Below are positions 24,447 through 35,560 of a DNA stretch of 64,000 nucleotides, piece after piece. The stretch is from Camelus dromedarius (Eukaryota): positions 13,268,001 through 13,332,000 of the forward strand of contig NC_087447.1 of assembly GCF_036321535.1 (NCBI RefSeq), in the 5' to 3' direction. A program made the position numbers and the translations under genes. Under the pieces are notes generated by a model. It saw only the letters and a program-made list of their open reading frames with translations, ran no database searches and had not been told where the DNA came from. Every line of letters begins with the position of its first letter. Positions within the stretch are counted from its first letter, which is position 1.

Positions 24447-25376
24447 ATGCTGAATAATAACGTGACTGAGTTCATTCTGCTTGGGTTGACCCAAGATCCT
24501 GTCAGGAAGAAAACAGTGTTTGTCACTTTCTTGTTTCTCTATTTGGGAACATTACTGGGGAACCTCCTGATTATTGCTACCATCAAGACCAGCCGGGCAC
24601 TTGGGAGTCCAATGTACTTCTTCCTTTTCCACTTATCTTTATCTGATACCTTCCTCTCTACTTCCATAGCCCCTAGAGTGATTGCGGACGCCCTCTTGAA
24701 GAAGACCACTATCTCTTTCAGTGAGTGCATGATTCAAGTCTTTTCTTCCCATTTCTTTGGCTGCCTGGAGATCTTCATCCTTATCCTCATGGCTGTTGAC
24801 CGCTATGTGGCCATCTGTAAGCCCCTGCACTACATGACCATCATGAGCCATCGAGTCTGTGGTGGGCTGATGGCCCTAGCCTGGGTGGGGGCCTGTGTGC
24901 ATTCTTCAGCTCAGATTTCTCTGGCCTTAAGTTTACCTTTCTGTGGTCCCAATGTGATTGATCATTATTTTTGTGACCTGCAGCCTTTGTTAAAACTTGC
25001 CTGTACAGACACCTATGTGACCAACCTACTCCTGGTGTCCAACAGTGGGGCCATATGCACAGTGAGCTTTGTTGTGCTGATGTTCTCCTATGTTATCATC
25101 CTGCATTCTCTGAGAAACCACAGTGCTGAAGGGAGGAGAAAAGCCCTCTCCACCTGCATCTCCCACATCATCGTGGTCATCCTGTTCTTTGGTCCTTGTA
25201 TATTTATATACACACGGCCTGCAACCACCTTCCCCATGGATAAGATGATAGCTGTGTTTTATACAATTGGGGCACCTTTTCTTAACCCTCTGATTTATAC
25301 ACTGAGGAATGCAGAAGTGAAAAATGCCATGAGGATGTTATGGAGAAAGAAGCTGATCTCAGATGACAAAAGGTAA
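24447..25376 (+). CDS. OR4C16: Olfactory receptor OR4C16-like, copy A, 309 aa
   Basis: [76 protein letters not shown] and a KKLISDDKR C-terminus resemble OR4C16. Strict 1:1 orthology is not established. Confidence 0.9.
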   Translation: MLNNNVTEFILLGLTQDPVRKKTVFVTFLFLYLGTLLGNLLIIATIKTSRALGSPMYFFLFHLSLSDTFLSTSIAPRVIADALLKKTTISFSECMIQVFSSHFFGCLEIFILILMAVDRYVAICKPLHYMTIMSHRVCGGLMALAWVGACVHSSAQISLALSLPFCGPNVIDHYFCDLQPLLKLACTDTYVTNLLLVSNSGAICTVSFVVLMFSYVIILHSLRNHSAEGRRKALSTCISHIIVVILFFGPCIFIYTRPATTFPMDKMIAVFYTIGAPFLNPLIYTLRNAEVKNAMRMLWRKKLISDDKR

Positions 25377-26349
25377 GTGGAAATTTCATAGTTTTCTTCA
25401 TAGTTTAGATTGACCTAGAAGTCCCTAGAGAATATTATCTCTTACTGTGGCATTAATATAATCCTGTCATAGGGCATTAGCATTAGTTTAATTCAGGAAA
25501 ATAAGCACAGTAAACACACACACTGATTAGTGTTCAGTCAGTTTTATGTACAAGATGAGACAGCACCAGATGTAAACATGTATACAAAGTTCATTGCCAC
25601 AGATGGTTTTCACTGCTTTGTTTCTGCTTCTGTTGCCTGCCTGATATTACAGTGCTTTTGATTTAATGTTTTCCATGCCCTCCTTCATGCTAACATCTGG
25701 TCTCCTCTGTGTATAGTTAAACTTTTAAATGCTCACATCCACAGCCTGGCAGGTTTTCCCTCTTTTAAATGGTTTTATTAAATATTTTAGTCACATCTGC
25801 CTTATCATAGACCTTCAACTTGGTGGTTCTTCCTGACTAAGCAGAAAACACTAGATTCAAATAATACAGAATTGTAATGTTGTAAAGAATAGTATAAAAT
25901 CTAGATAATTTTCCTTCAATTTCTTGGTGTTATACTTTGAATTCCTACCATGTGTTTACTGAGATCCTTCTAACAGCTACAGAATATGGAGATAAAAGTC
26001 CACCTTTGAAGAACTTCTTTGACCGTAGGAAGGCTTTGACTACTGGGTTTATACTTATAATGATATTCCTTTGGAAAAATGTATGTTTCTAATTTGAGTC
26101 CTTCTGAATTTAGGAGGTATATATTTTCTCTTGAATTATACAAATGTTAGTATTTTGTTTCAATGTTGACTTATTGTAACTGTAAAATTGATGGCCCAAA
26201 TTAAGGGTGATATATTGATATGGTCCAGAAGTAGAGACTGTAAGCAGTTGATGTTGGTGAATATTAACATATTGATAGATTAAAACAAATAATGAAATAG
26301 AGGAGGATCTTATGCTTTGAACAGTGATATTTATATGATGACTATGAAT

Positions 26350-27055
26350 TATAAACTCCATTCAGCAGTCACACTTCTTGGTATTTACCAAAAGAAGTTG
26401 AAATCTTATGTCCACACAAAAATCTGCACTCATGTTTATAACAGCTTTAATCTTAATTGCTGAAACCTAGAAATAATCAAGATATCCTTTAGTGGTTGAA
26501 TAGATAAACTGGTATATCCAGATGAATATTATTCAGTGCTAAAAAGAAATGAGTTATCAAGCCATGAAAAGACATGATGAAAACTTAGACGCATGTTATT
26601 AAGTCAAAGAAGCCAATCTGAAAAGGTTACATACTGTATGATTGCAATTATGTAACATTCTGCAAATGACAAAACTATGGAGACAGCAGAAAGTTCAGTG
26701 TTTGCCAAGGGTTAAAGTGGAAGGAAGAATCAATGGGTGGAGAACAAAGGACTTCTAGAACTATGAAACTACTCTGTGTGGTACTGCAATGGTGGATGCA
26801 TGCCATTATACATTTGTCTGTATCTGTATGACATATGGCTCCAAGAGTGAAATCTAATGTAAACTCTGGACTTTCAGTGATAATGATGTGCCGGGGTAGC
26901 TTTATCAATTGAACAAATATACCACTCTTGTGGGACATTAACAATGGAGAAGGCAATGCATGAGTGGGACAGGGGTACATGGGATACCTCTATATCTTCT
27001 GTTAAATTTTGCTGTGAACCTAAAACTGCTCTAAAATATAAAGTTTTCAAAAATG
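26350..27055 (+). mobile_element. L1MB-type 3' end
   Basis: gaaatcttatgtccacacaaaaatctgcac...gagttatcaagccatgaaaagacatg...ttgctgtgaacctaaaactgctctaaaa. Confidence 0.85.
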
Positions 27056-27059
27056 TCAA

Positions 27060-28745
27060 TAGAGAAGATAAAATTTAATACTGAACAAAAATCATCTACT
27101 CAGCTTAAAAGAACACAGGAAAGAAAGAAAATAAGTCATAAAGGGGACAAAGAAAATGTAAACTGCAATAAGATAAATTGAAATCCAAAAATTTTAACAA
27201 TTGCATTAAATGAACATACACGACATTTAAAAGACAGAAGTTGTCAGACTAGATATAATAGGAAAATCTTCAGCAAAGAAAAGTAATGGACTAATGATAA
27301 CACATCAACATGATGAATCTCAGAAACAGACTATACAAATTAGTAAGTGCTGTGATTCAATTTATCTGCAGTTCTAGAACAGGCAAACTGAAAGAGTGAT
27401 ACACATCAGAGATGTGGTCGCATCTGGGGGGACTGACGGAATAGCGGGATGGCAGAACTTTTGGGTTAGTGAAAGTGTTCCAGATCTTGAATTTGTTGAT
27501 GGTTACATGAATATATACATTTATCAACACTCATCAACCATAAGCTTAAAATCTCTGTATTACATCATATATAAAATCTCTCTCAGAGAAAGTAATACAA
27601 AATAAAATTAATATCTCTAAGTCCCAATAAAAATGTTTATCAAATCTAGTGACCATTTCTTTAGAAGAAAGCAGAACAGCAACTGTCATTAAGAATTTCA
27701 TTCCCATGAATAAAAGATGTATAGCTGTTACTTTAAATTGGTACATGATAACAACTTTTAATAGTTACATTGGACTTCATCAAAATGAAGAATTTTGTGC
27801 TGAAATTTATGCTATCAACAAAGTAAAAAGTCATCCCACAGTTTGGGAGAAAATAACTGCAAATCATATACCTAATAAGGAACTTGTCTCCAGACTACAT
27901 AAAGAATTCCAACCACTTAATAATAAAAACCTGATCAAAAATTTGGCAAAATATATGAATAAACATATGTCCACAGAATAAATACAAATGGCCAAAATTA
28001 CACTAAAAGATGTCAACACCTTTACTCATTAAGAAATGTAAATCTAAGCCATAATGAGATAGTACTTCATACCCACTGGGATGTCTAGAATAAAAAAANN
28101 NNNNNNNNNNNNNNNNNNNNNNNNNNNNNNNNNNNNNNNNNNNNNNNNNNNNNNNNNNNNNNNNNNNNNNNNNNNNNNNNNNNNNNNNNNNNNNNNNNNN
28201 NNNNNNNNNNNNNNNNNNNNNNNNNNNNTGATCAATGATCCTGCAAGTCCACTTTTAGATATTTATCCAAGAGAAGGGAAATTATATATTCACAAAAATA
28301 CCTGCACATCGATGTTCATAGCAACGTTATTCATAATAGCCAAATGGGGAAACAATCCACACATCAATCAACCGATGAATGGATAAATGATATATCCATA
28401 CAATGAAATCTTACTTGTAATAAAAAGGAAAGAAATACTGATTCTTAACACAACAGGGATGAAACTTTAGGAACATTATGCTAAGTGGAAAAAGCAGGTG
28501 ATTCCTTTTACATGAAACGTCCAGAAAAGAAAATCTATATAGACTGTTTGGTTAGGATTGCTGGTGATGGTGGTACAAAGGAATGAGTGACTGCTGATGG
28601 GTAGGGGCTTTCTTTTGGGGGTGACAATAATGTTGCAAAATTAAATAATGTTGATGTATACTAAAACACCATTAAATTTTACACTTTAAATGAGTGAATT
28701 ATATAGTATATAAATTATATACCAATAAAGCTGTTAAAAATAGAT
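27060..28745 (+). mobile_element. Mosaic of old L1M fragments spanning an N gap (28099-28228, 130 N)
   Basis: tttaaaagacagaagttgtcagact; gggagaaaataactgcaaatcatatacctaataagg; cacaaaaatacctgcacatcgatgttcatagcaacgttattc; terminal ccaataaagctgtt. Confidence 0.7.
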
Positions 28746-29249
28746 AAATGCTAAATCTAGTGATCATTTCTACAAAATAACAGATCATACAGAAGCTACC
28801 ATAAAAATTTCCTTCCCCCAAATTGATTCTATTAAAATCAATACATAATAGTGACTTTTAATCCCTAATTATCATGATTAAGATTTCAAATAATCAACAT
28901 TATGTTATATAATTTAATTTATATAATTCATACAGAAAGACTCAGAAATTTTATTACTGGGAAACAAATAGCATGTAGCACGAGAAAAGGCCACCTGTTT
29001 CTAATCTGCAAAATAGTGGCCTGTGAGCAACACCATGGACATTCACTTCAGCAGCCAAGTGCAGAGCACAGTGGTCCTCAACAGGAACAAAGGTCCTACG
29101 TGCTGCTCGAGTCCCATGTGACTGAGGTGCCTCAGGGTGTAAAAACCTGAGATCTTGAACCTTCCACTTCTCTGAACCTTTGGGCTGACAGAGTCATTCC
29201 CTTACCCATGCTCCAAAATAATAGTGTCCCTTTGACTGGAGAATACACA

Positions 29250-30250
29250 AGAAATTCACCTGAAACAGGATTCTCAAAAGATTGATGTTTGCCTTTTGAA
29301 ATCAGATGACACAACCTTCATTATCTCCAGACCAATAAATCAACTCAAAGATCAGCATAATGCAAAGGAAGCTCTGAATGTGAAAGGAAATAACCTACAC
29401 CCCAAAGGTATTTGCAGGACTTCACAAATACGAACTTGTGTGAGCTGGGAGAACACTTTGGAGGAATGGACCTTGAAAGTGTTAGATCTGAGTGCTGGGA
29501 AGAACTTAATTCTGGTAAGGATATTCTGAATTTTGAATGGGAATTTAGGGTTCGGCATTTTGGCAATAGCCATTGGCAGCCATATCCTTGGAGTCTGGAT
29601 AAGCTTATATATTATAGCAAATTCCATGGAGGTATATGAGTTTCCTGGGAGAGAGGAGAGACTGACAAGGAATTAATTTGCCTGCGGAACAATGTGTTGG
29701 GAAAAGAGGAATACTCAGACTTTTTGAGAATTATTGGATAAAATACCAGATCCATCACTGTTACAAGAAGACCTAAAATACTCTTATAATCTTCCAATTA
29801 GCGTAAAGGCTTATAAAGGCCACATTATAAATTAAGTTTTGGTGCAAGCCTGCCTCAGAGAAGGTTTGATGTGTCAGTGACTATATCCTATAATTATTTC
29901 CCTATTATTCAAATATATCATTGGAATATGTGTATACTTAGCACCTGGAAAAACCTCATGTCGACTACTTTCCAATAAGTGCCCCTACATCACAGACAAA
30001 ATAGAAAATCAGAAGCAAATCATATTTTAAAAGGAATTTCAAAGATAAAAGCAACCATAAAAGATATGAAGGACTCAAATTTCCCATAATAATGTTATTT
30101 AATTAACTGGTCTGATCCATGCAAAAAAAAAAAAAAAAAAAAACAGATGGATTGTAGCATATAACTATGGACTACTATAATCTCACTTAGGAAGGATCCC
30201 CAATGGAAACTTCAATGCAAGATACGTTAACTTTACTATATTAAGTTTCA
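29250..30250 (+). mobile_element. Highly decayed ERVL-like gag/pro/RT fragment
   Basis: gaatggaccttgaaagtgttagat; atatcattggaatatgtgtatacttagcacctgg; cagatggattgtagcatataactatggactac resemble ERVL gag-pol. Confidence 0.55.
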
Positions 30251-30349
30251 GAGTCTCTAGCAATTGGTCTGTAGCCCTTCTTCAAGCCCACACTGGCTGC
30301 TGCCCTCTAATGTCAACAGGTTGGCACAGGAATCTGGACTAACCACCCA

Positions 30350-32952
30350 TGGAGACTCTCAACTCCAGACCCCACTGAAGGCTAGTAAGGCAAGAAAACC
30401 AGGACCCAATCAGTGTGCCATATGTAAACAAGAGGGACAGTGAGAAGATGCCCTTAGTGCCCCCAAAAGGGGACAGAAATGGCAGATCTCATCCACTAAC
30501 CTTGAAGGCAGAAAGTCCAAACAGATAAAAGAACAATAGAGCCAGGGAACTCCTGAATGGCACTCCAGCTGCCCCCTCAGGGGCACCGGCTGACATTGTA
30601 CACAAGGGAAGCCTTGTCAAATTTAATTGACATCAGTGCCACTTAGCCGGTTCTGAGCACCAGATCCGGCAAACTCAGTCACAAGAGTTGTATCATCATA
30701 GGGGTATTAGGGAAGGCCCAGGGGTATTAGGAACAGGCATTCATGGAGCCATTAGAATGTAAGTTGGATGAACACATGCCCACCCACCCATTCCTTCCTG
30801 CACGCCCCAGAATGCCCTATATCCCCGCTAGGAAGAGATATCTTATATAAACTGGGGGCTACTATCCACCTAATAAGAAACAAACTGGAGACTGGCATCC
30901 CCTTAGATGAAGGACACAAGATGATAACGTTAATGGTTGAGGAAAAACTTCCTTGGAGTAAATCTCAAGGTTTGGGCCCAGGGATAGGTGGACTGAGCTG
31001 TGGGAGCCAGTTCAGTGATAGTATGCCTAAAACTGGACATACATGGCCCAATAGAAAACAGAACCTTCTCCATTGGGAAGCCTTTGGGGGCATTGTCCCT
31101 CTGATACAGGACCTAATCAGCCAGGGCCTTAGTAGACCACGACAATCAGCCTGTAATAGCACCACTGCCCCCATAAAGAAACCCAACAGGGAATACCGAC
31201 TGGGACAAGACCTCAGGACAGTCACTGAAGCCACCGAGTATATTCATCCAGTAGTCCCTAATCCCTATACCCTGCTGGCCTCTCTACAGTCCACATGGAC
31301 CTGTATTCTGTATTAGATTTAAAAGACGCCTCCTTCTATATTCTGTTAGCCTCAGAGTCACAAGAAATGTTTGCTTTAGAGTGTCAGAACCCAAACATGC
31401 ACAAAAATAACACTGCTGGCCAGTTCTACCCCAAGGGTGCAAAAATTCCCCCACAATTTTAGGGGAAACTTTAGCTAAAGACCTAAAATATCTACATGTG
31501 GAGTAGGGAACCCCTCTCCAGTATGTAGATGACATTCTGATCCCAAGTCTAATATAATTGGTTAGTTGAGATCATGGTAAACCTTGGCATGAAAAGCATA
31601 ATCAGTCAGATAATTGAGGCATGCCCTACCTGCACAATACCCAACCCCAGCACCAGACCCCCAAGAGTCCTCCCCAGATAAGGCCCGTTCAGACCAGGGG
31701 GGGACATCATGGAGAAGAGTGGCAGGTTGACTTCACTGTCATGTGAGTACTGAGCAATGTCAGGTATCTCTTGGTGTCTTGGTGCTAATAGACTCATTTT
31801 CTGGATGGATAGAAGCATCCCCCTCCCCAAAAAATAAAATAAAATAACTGAAATGGCAGCTGAAGTCGCTCAGGTGTTACTAAAAGACATAATCTTCAGG
31901 CTTGGGCTTCCGGGATCCATACAAAGTGACAGCGGTCCAGCATGTGTGCCTCACATGATGAAAGGATACCAAGTGCCCTGGGCATAAACTAGACCTTGCT
32001 CTCAGTCTAGAGACGCCACTTACCCTGGAAAATAGAGAGATCCAATCAGGCCTTGAAACTAGCCTTAGCCAAGCTATGTCAGCAAAACCAAGGAAATTGG
32101 ATGGTGTCTTCCAATTGCCTGACTGTGCATGTGGTTAGACCCAAGGAATAAGTTAAAATTAAAGGCATTTGAAATCATATATAGTAGACCCATTCCCCAA
32201 GCCTGGAAAGAAGAGACACCTTAACCCCCTTGAAATGAAACAACTCAAGTTTGCTCTCCAAGCAGGAGAAACCAGAAAAGCCCTCACAGAATATGATGAG
32301 CCAGTGCTGCGCAAATAACCTGGCCCTGCACCCCCTCCAGCCGGGAGACTGGGGACACCTAAACAGCTGGAAAACAAGCCTGCAAAATCAGCTCGCTCTT
32401 AAGTGGAACAAACTCCACTAGGGCATCCTAGCCACCCATTCTGCCCGAAGCTGCAAGGGGTCACTCCATGAGGACGTCACACTGGAGTGAGGACGGCCCC
32501 TGAGCACCAACCTCCAGAGAGACAACCTGGGGCAATGGACCCCCGTGACTGTGCGTGTGACCCTCTCTCTGACAGGAAGCTTCTCTTCTAAAAAACAACG
32601 AAAGTGTGACCAGGGAGAGTCAGGCCCCAGCAACGAGCCGCAACGTCAGGGCACACTCGCCGACAGGCAAAAGGCCTAGACGCTTTCATTTCCCTGCATA
32701 TCTGAAAGTGCCTGGTGTCCTTTGCCTCCTGAAGGTTAGACAAACACGGGTCACCCAGTTAAAAATGAGCAATTAGGCTGAGGTCTGGTGACAACCAACT
32801 GCATCCAGAGGCAGCTGGGGGGAAGTTCCACTCCACCGCCTGCGGTCATGATGATGCCCAAAATCACCAGGAAGCAGTCACAGGAGATGAACCTGTGCCC
32901 CACCCCGACCCTAACACCCCTCAAGAATGAGGAGCAGGACAAAGGAGGGATT
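30350..32952 (+). mobile_element. Deleted, decayed ERV1 (gamma-like) provirus interior: gag NC, pro, RT and IN remnants
   Basis: Zn-knuckle remnant QCAICKQEGQ* (from 30411); protease remnant LIDISAT* and PECPISPLGRD; RT QDLRTV...HPVVPNPYTLL, LDLKDA, LPQG (31426-31437), YVDD (31522-31533); integrase CPTC, WQVDFT, QSDSGPA; polypurine tract ending ~32950. The 5' start is approximate. Confidence 0.9.
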
Positions 32953-33520
32953 TGTCACTGGCAAAGCCCATTAGCGGCCCATTAACGGCCCATTAATGAT
33001 TCCCGGGAAGCAAAAATAGAATCTGGGTAATAAAATAAAGCCTAACCTTTTTCTTCTCCTTTGTGCCGGTCTGGTTTCACTTGCTCCTGTGGTGCTGCAT
33101 GCACAGGCCTCCACCCGGCACCTCGGAGCAGGGCTCCTGGTGTGAAACTGCCCCGGCTCCTCAGCCCGGCGGGCAGCGCGCGGGAACGCCGAGCATGACG
33201 CTGCAATTCAAGATGGCGGCTGCGGGCCGTGTGCAGAGGCGCTGCGCCGGGCACTGCGGTCTGGAGCCCCGAACTGCGCAGCTGCAGAGGCCCTGTGAGG
33301 GCTCCGCCCCCTCCCCGCCCCGCCCCGCCGATGAGAACCCCGCCCTCAGCCTGTCTGTCCTGCAGAGCTTATGCACTAGAATACAGGCTCACTCCTCTGT
33401 TCTTTGAGCAAAGACTGAAGCTTTCCTTTGCTTCTTAACTGCAGTTGGTCTCAGTGTATTATTGCCTTGAACAACAGGGGCGGGAGGACACTCAGAGCCT
33501 GATTCAAAGGTTCAGTAGCA
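32953..33520 (+). mobile_element. 3' LTR of the ERV1 remnant, with a CpG-island-like core
   Basis: Starts TGTCACTGG right after the purine tract ...aaaggaggga(tt) and ends ttcagtagCA. About 26 CpG in ~33115-33345. Confidence 0.75.
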
Positions 33521-33970
33521 GTATCACATATAACCTTTTAACCACATGAGTAGAATGTGGTAAAAGTGATGTGCAAATCCTGAAGCTTGCCTTGAGAGGC
33601 CTGGAAGACTTAGCTTTTGTAAAACAACCACTGCCCGAAAACAACCCTGGGCTGCTGGAGCTCAATACATGCTGCCGGAGAACGAGAGAGAACTCAGGTA
33701 CCTAAGCCAATTGGCAGGTATGTGAATGAGGCTGTCTTGGAGGCATCTGCTCCATCCAAACTAGATGGCCAGGTAAAACCAACAGAACCACCCAGCTGAA
33801 TCCAACCCAAACTGCAGAATCATAATCGAATAAAGAGTTTTTACTTTAAGCCTTTAAGTTTTGGTTTTGTAATTTGAAATTACTAATTTTTGGATTAAAT
33901 TCTGTGGTCTTAGCCACTAATGTTTAGGCTTAGTGATGTTTGCCAACACATAGCAATAGATACCTTACAC
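33521..33970 (+). mobile_element. MLT1-type MaLR LTR, 3' portion
   Basis: tagaatgtggtaaaagtgatgtg...cccagctgaatccaacccaaactgcagaatcataatcgaataaa...ttagccactaatgtt...agcaatagataccttacaca. Confidence 0.7.
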
Positions 33971-34547
33971 AAGCAAGGCAGAAAGTGGAAGATAAACACT
34001 AAAGTTTCATGGGACATACATAGAGTTCTGAGGAGACCTGTGGCCTGAGAAATACAGAGTCTTCCTCCATAAAAAAGAAATGTGTTCCATTGTAATTGAC
34101 TGTTCTTCAATAAATAAAAATTTAATTTAATTTAATTTAAATTTAAATAAATGTATTCTATCCAATCTCTTACCCCTAGGAAAGAGACACAGATTTTCAT
34201 GGGCATTTAAATTTGGAGATAACAGAGCCTGTATGTGGGGGTGCTACTCTATATCATGGAGTATTGATGTATGGGGACTGGATACAGTTTTCAGCAGGAT
34301 CCGCTGGCATGGACCAAGCAAGAGAGAGTTGAGTCACTTTTGGATGAAGGATATTGTCACTTGCAAAGTTAAGAAGCAGAGAGCTAATAGCTGAGTGTGA
34401 GAGAGATTAAGCTGGAGTGGTTGGAGGGGTAAGATGATGACTATCAGTTCCAGCTCTGAGAACAGCTGCCACAGTGGGAAACACGGCTTGATTTTCTCAC
34501 CCCAAGTAGGTCCCCAAACTAGAAATGAACACCTTACTTTTTCTGTT

Positions 34548-34855
34548 TTCTTTTTTTTTTTAATTGAGTTATAATCGGTTTACAATGCTGTGTCAATTTC
34601 TGGTGCACAGCATAATTTTTCAGTCATACATGAATATACATATATTCATTTTCACATTCTTTTTCCCTGTGAGCTATCACAAGATCTTGTATATATTTCC
34701 CTGTGCTATACAGTATAAACTTGTTTATCTATTCTACATATACCTGTCAGTGTCTACCAATCTTGAACTCCCAGTCTTTCTCTTCCCACCTCCCCCCTGG
34801 CAACTACAAGTTTATATTCTATGTCTGTGAGTCTGTTTCTGTTTGACCACTTTCT
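34548..34855 (-). mobile_element. 5'-truncated lineage-type L1 3' UTR, antisense
   Basis: Poly-T, then aattgagttataatcggtttacaatgctgtgtcaatttctggtg...tatgtctgtgagtctgtttctgttt; same family as 19678-20095. Confidence 0.85.
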
Positions 34856-34959
34856 TGAAGAAGTTTGTCTTGTACTTCTGATCTCTCTCCTTTCATAGAA
34901 AAAGGTGATGTATTTTACTCTCCCACAAGATCCTGTATCATTAGAAAATATAAATAGAT

Positions 34960-35560
34960 ATACATGGTACAAGGGTGAATGGTACTGGACTTCATTTGTG
35001 CATCACCCATTTTCCTGGACTTGCCTTGCTTGTAGCCAGAGATGCCCTAGCAGTGGCCTTCACTTCACCAGGACATTGAGAGACCACAGATGAAAAGACC
35101 TATGGAAACTGTCCTCCATCTTCAGGTCTCTCTTGGGCATGACCCGACAGGACCTGGGCTCACACCCATGTGGACACTTCTGGAGTCCTCCCCAGAGATT
35201 CCTTGTTGCTGCTGAGGTGGTAGCTACTGCGTGACATGATCGGAGCTTAAATATGCTCAGTGTTTTCCCATCAAACTCCCTCCTGCTCTGAATGCCCCTG
35301 GTGCTGTTTGGACTCTGTCCTTTCCTACAACTGCAGGAAATGTCCAGTGACATGGCCAGAGATTGCAGAGAAATTGCCCCACTGTGAGGTGAACTTTGGC
35401 CAGTGGGAAAGGGGAGTCAATGAATATTTTGTTCCCTTTCCTAGCTATTTACAAATTGTTTGGAAAATAAACATACGGCCTCTATTAAAAGGCCCAGTGA
35501 GATCAAGAAATCAACTGCAGTGGGCAGCTCATAAGTGCCCTTGGAAAGTATGAAATAGTA
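34960..35560 (+). mobile_element. Old ERVL-class LTR (LTR33/LTR41-like)
   Basis: gagattgcagagaaattgccccactgtgaggtgaactttggccagtggga... resembles this LTR class. Boundaries uncertain. Confidence 0.4.

Noticed and set aside
30768-31316. 182-aa ORF as a functional or domesticated gene
   Set aside because: It is a protease/RT fragment with decayed motifs, flanked by stops and frameshifts. The protease active site and other RT motifs lie in other frames or beyond stops.
33042-33438. Several overlapping 70-114 aa ORFs in the GC-rich LTR
   Set aside because: Stop-codon depletion in ~75% GC sequence explains them, and they show no recognisable domain.
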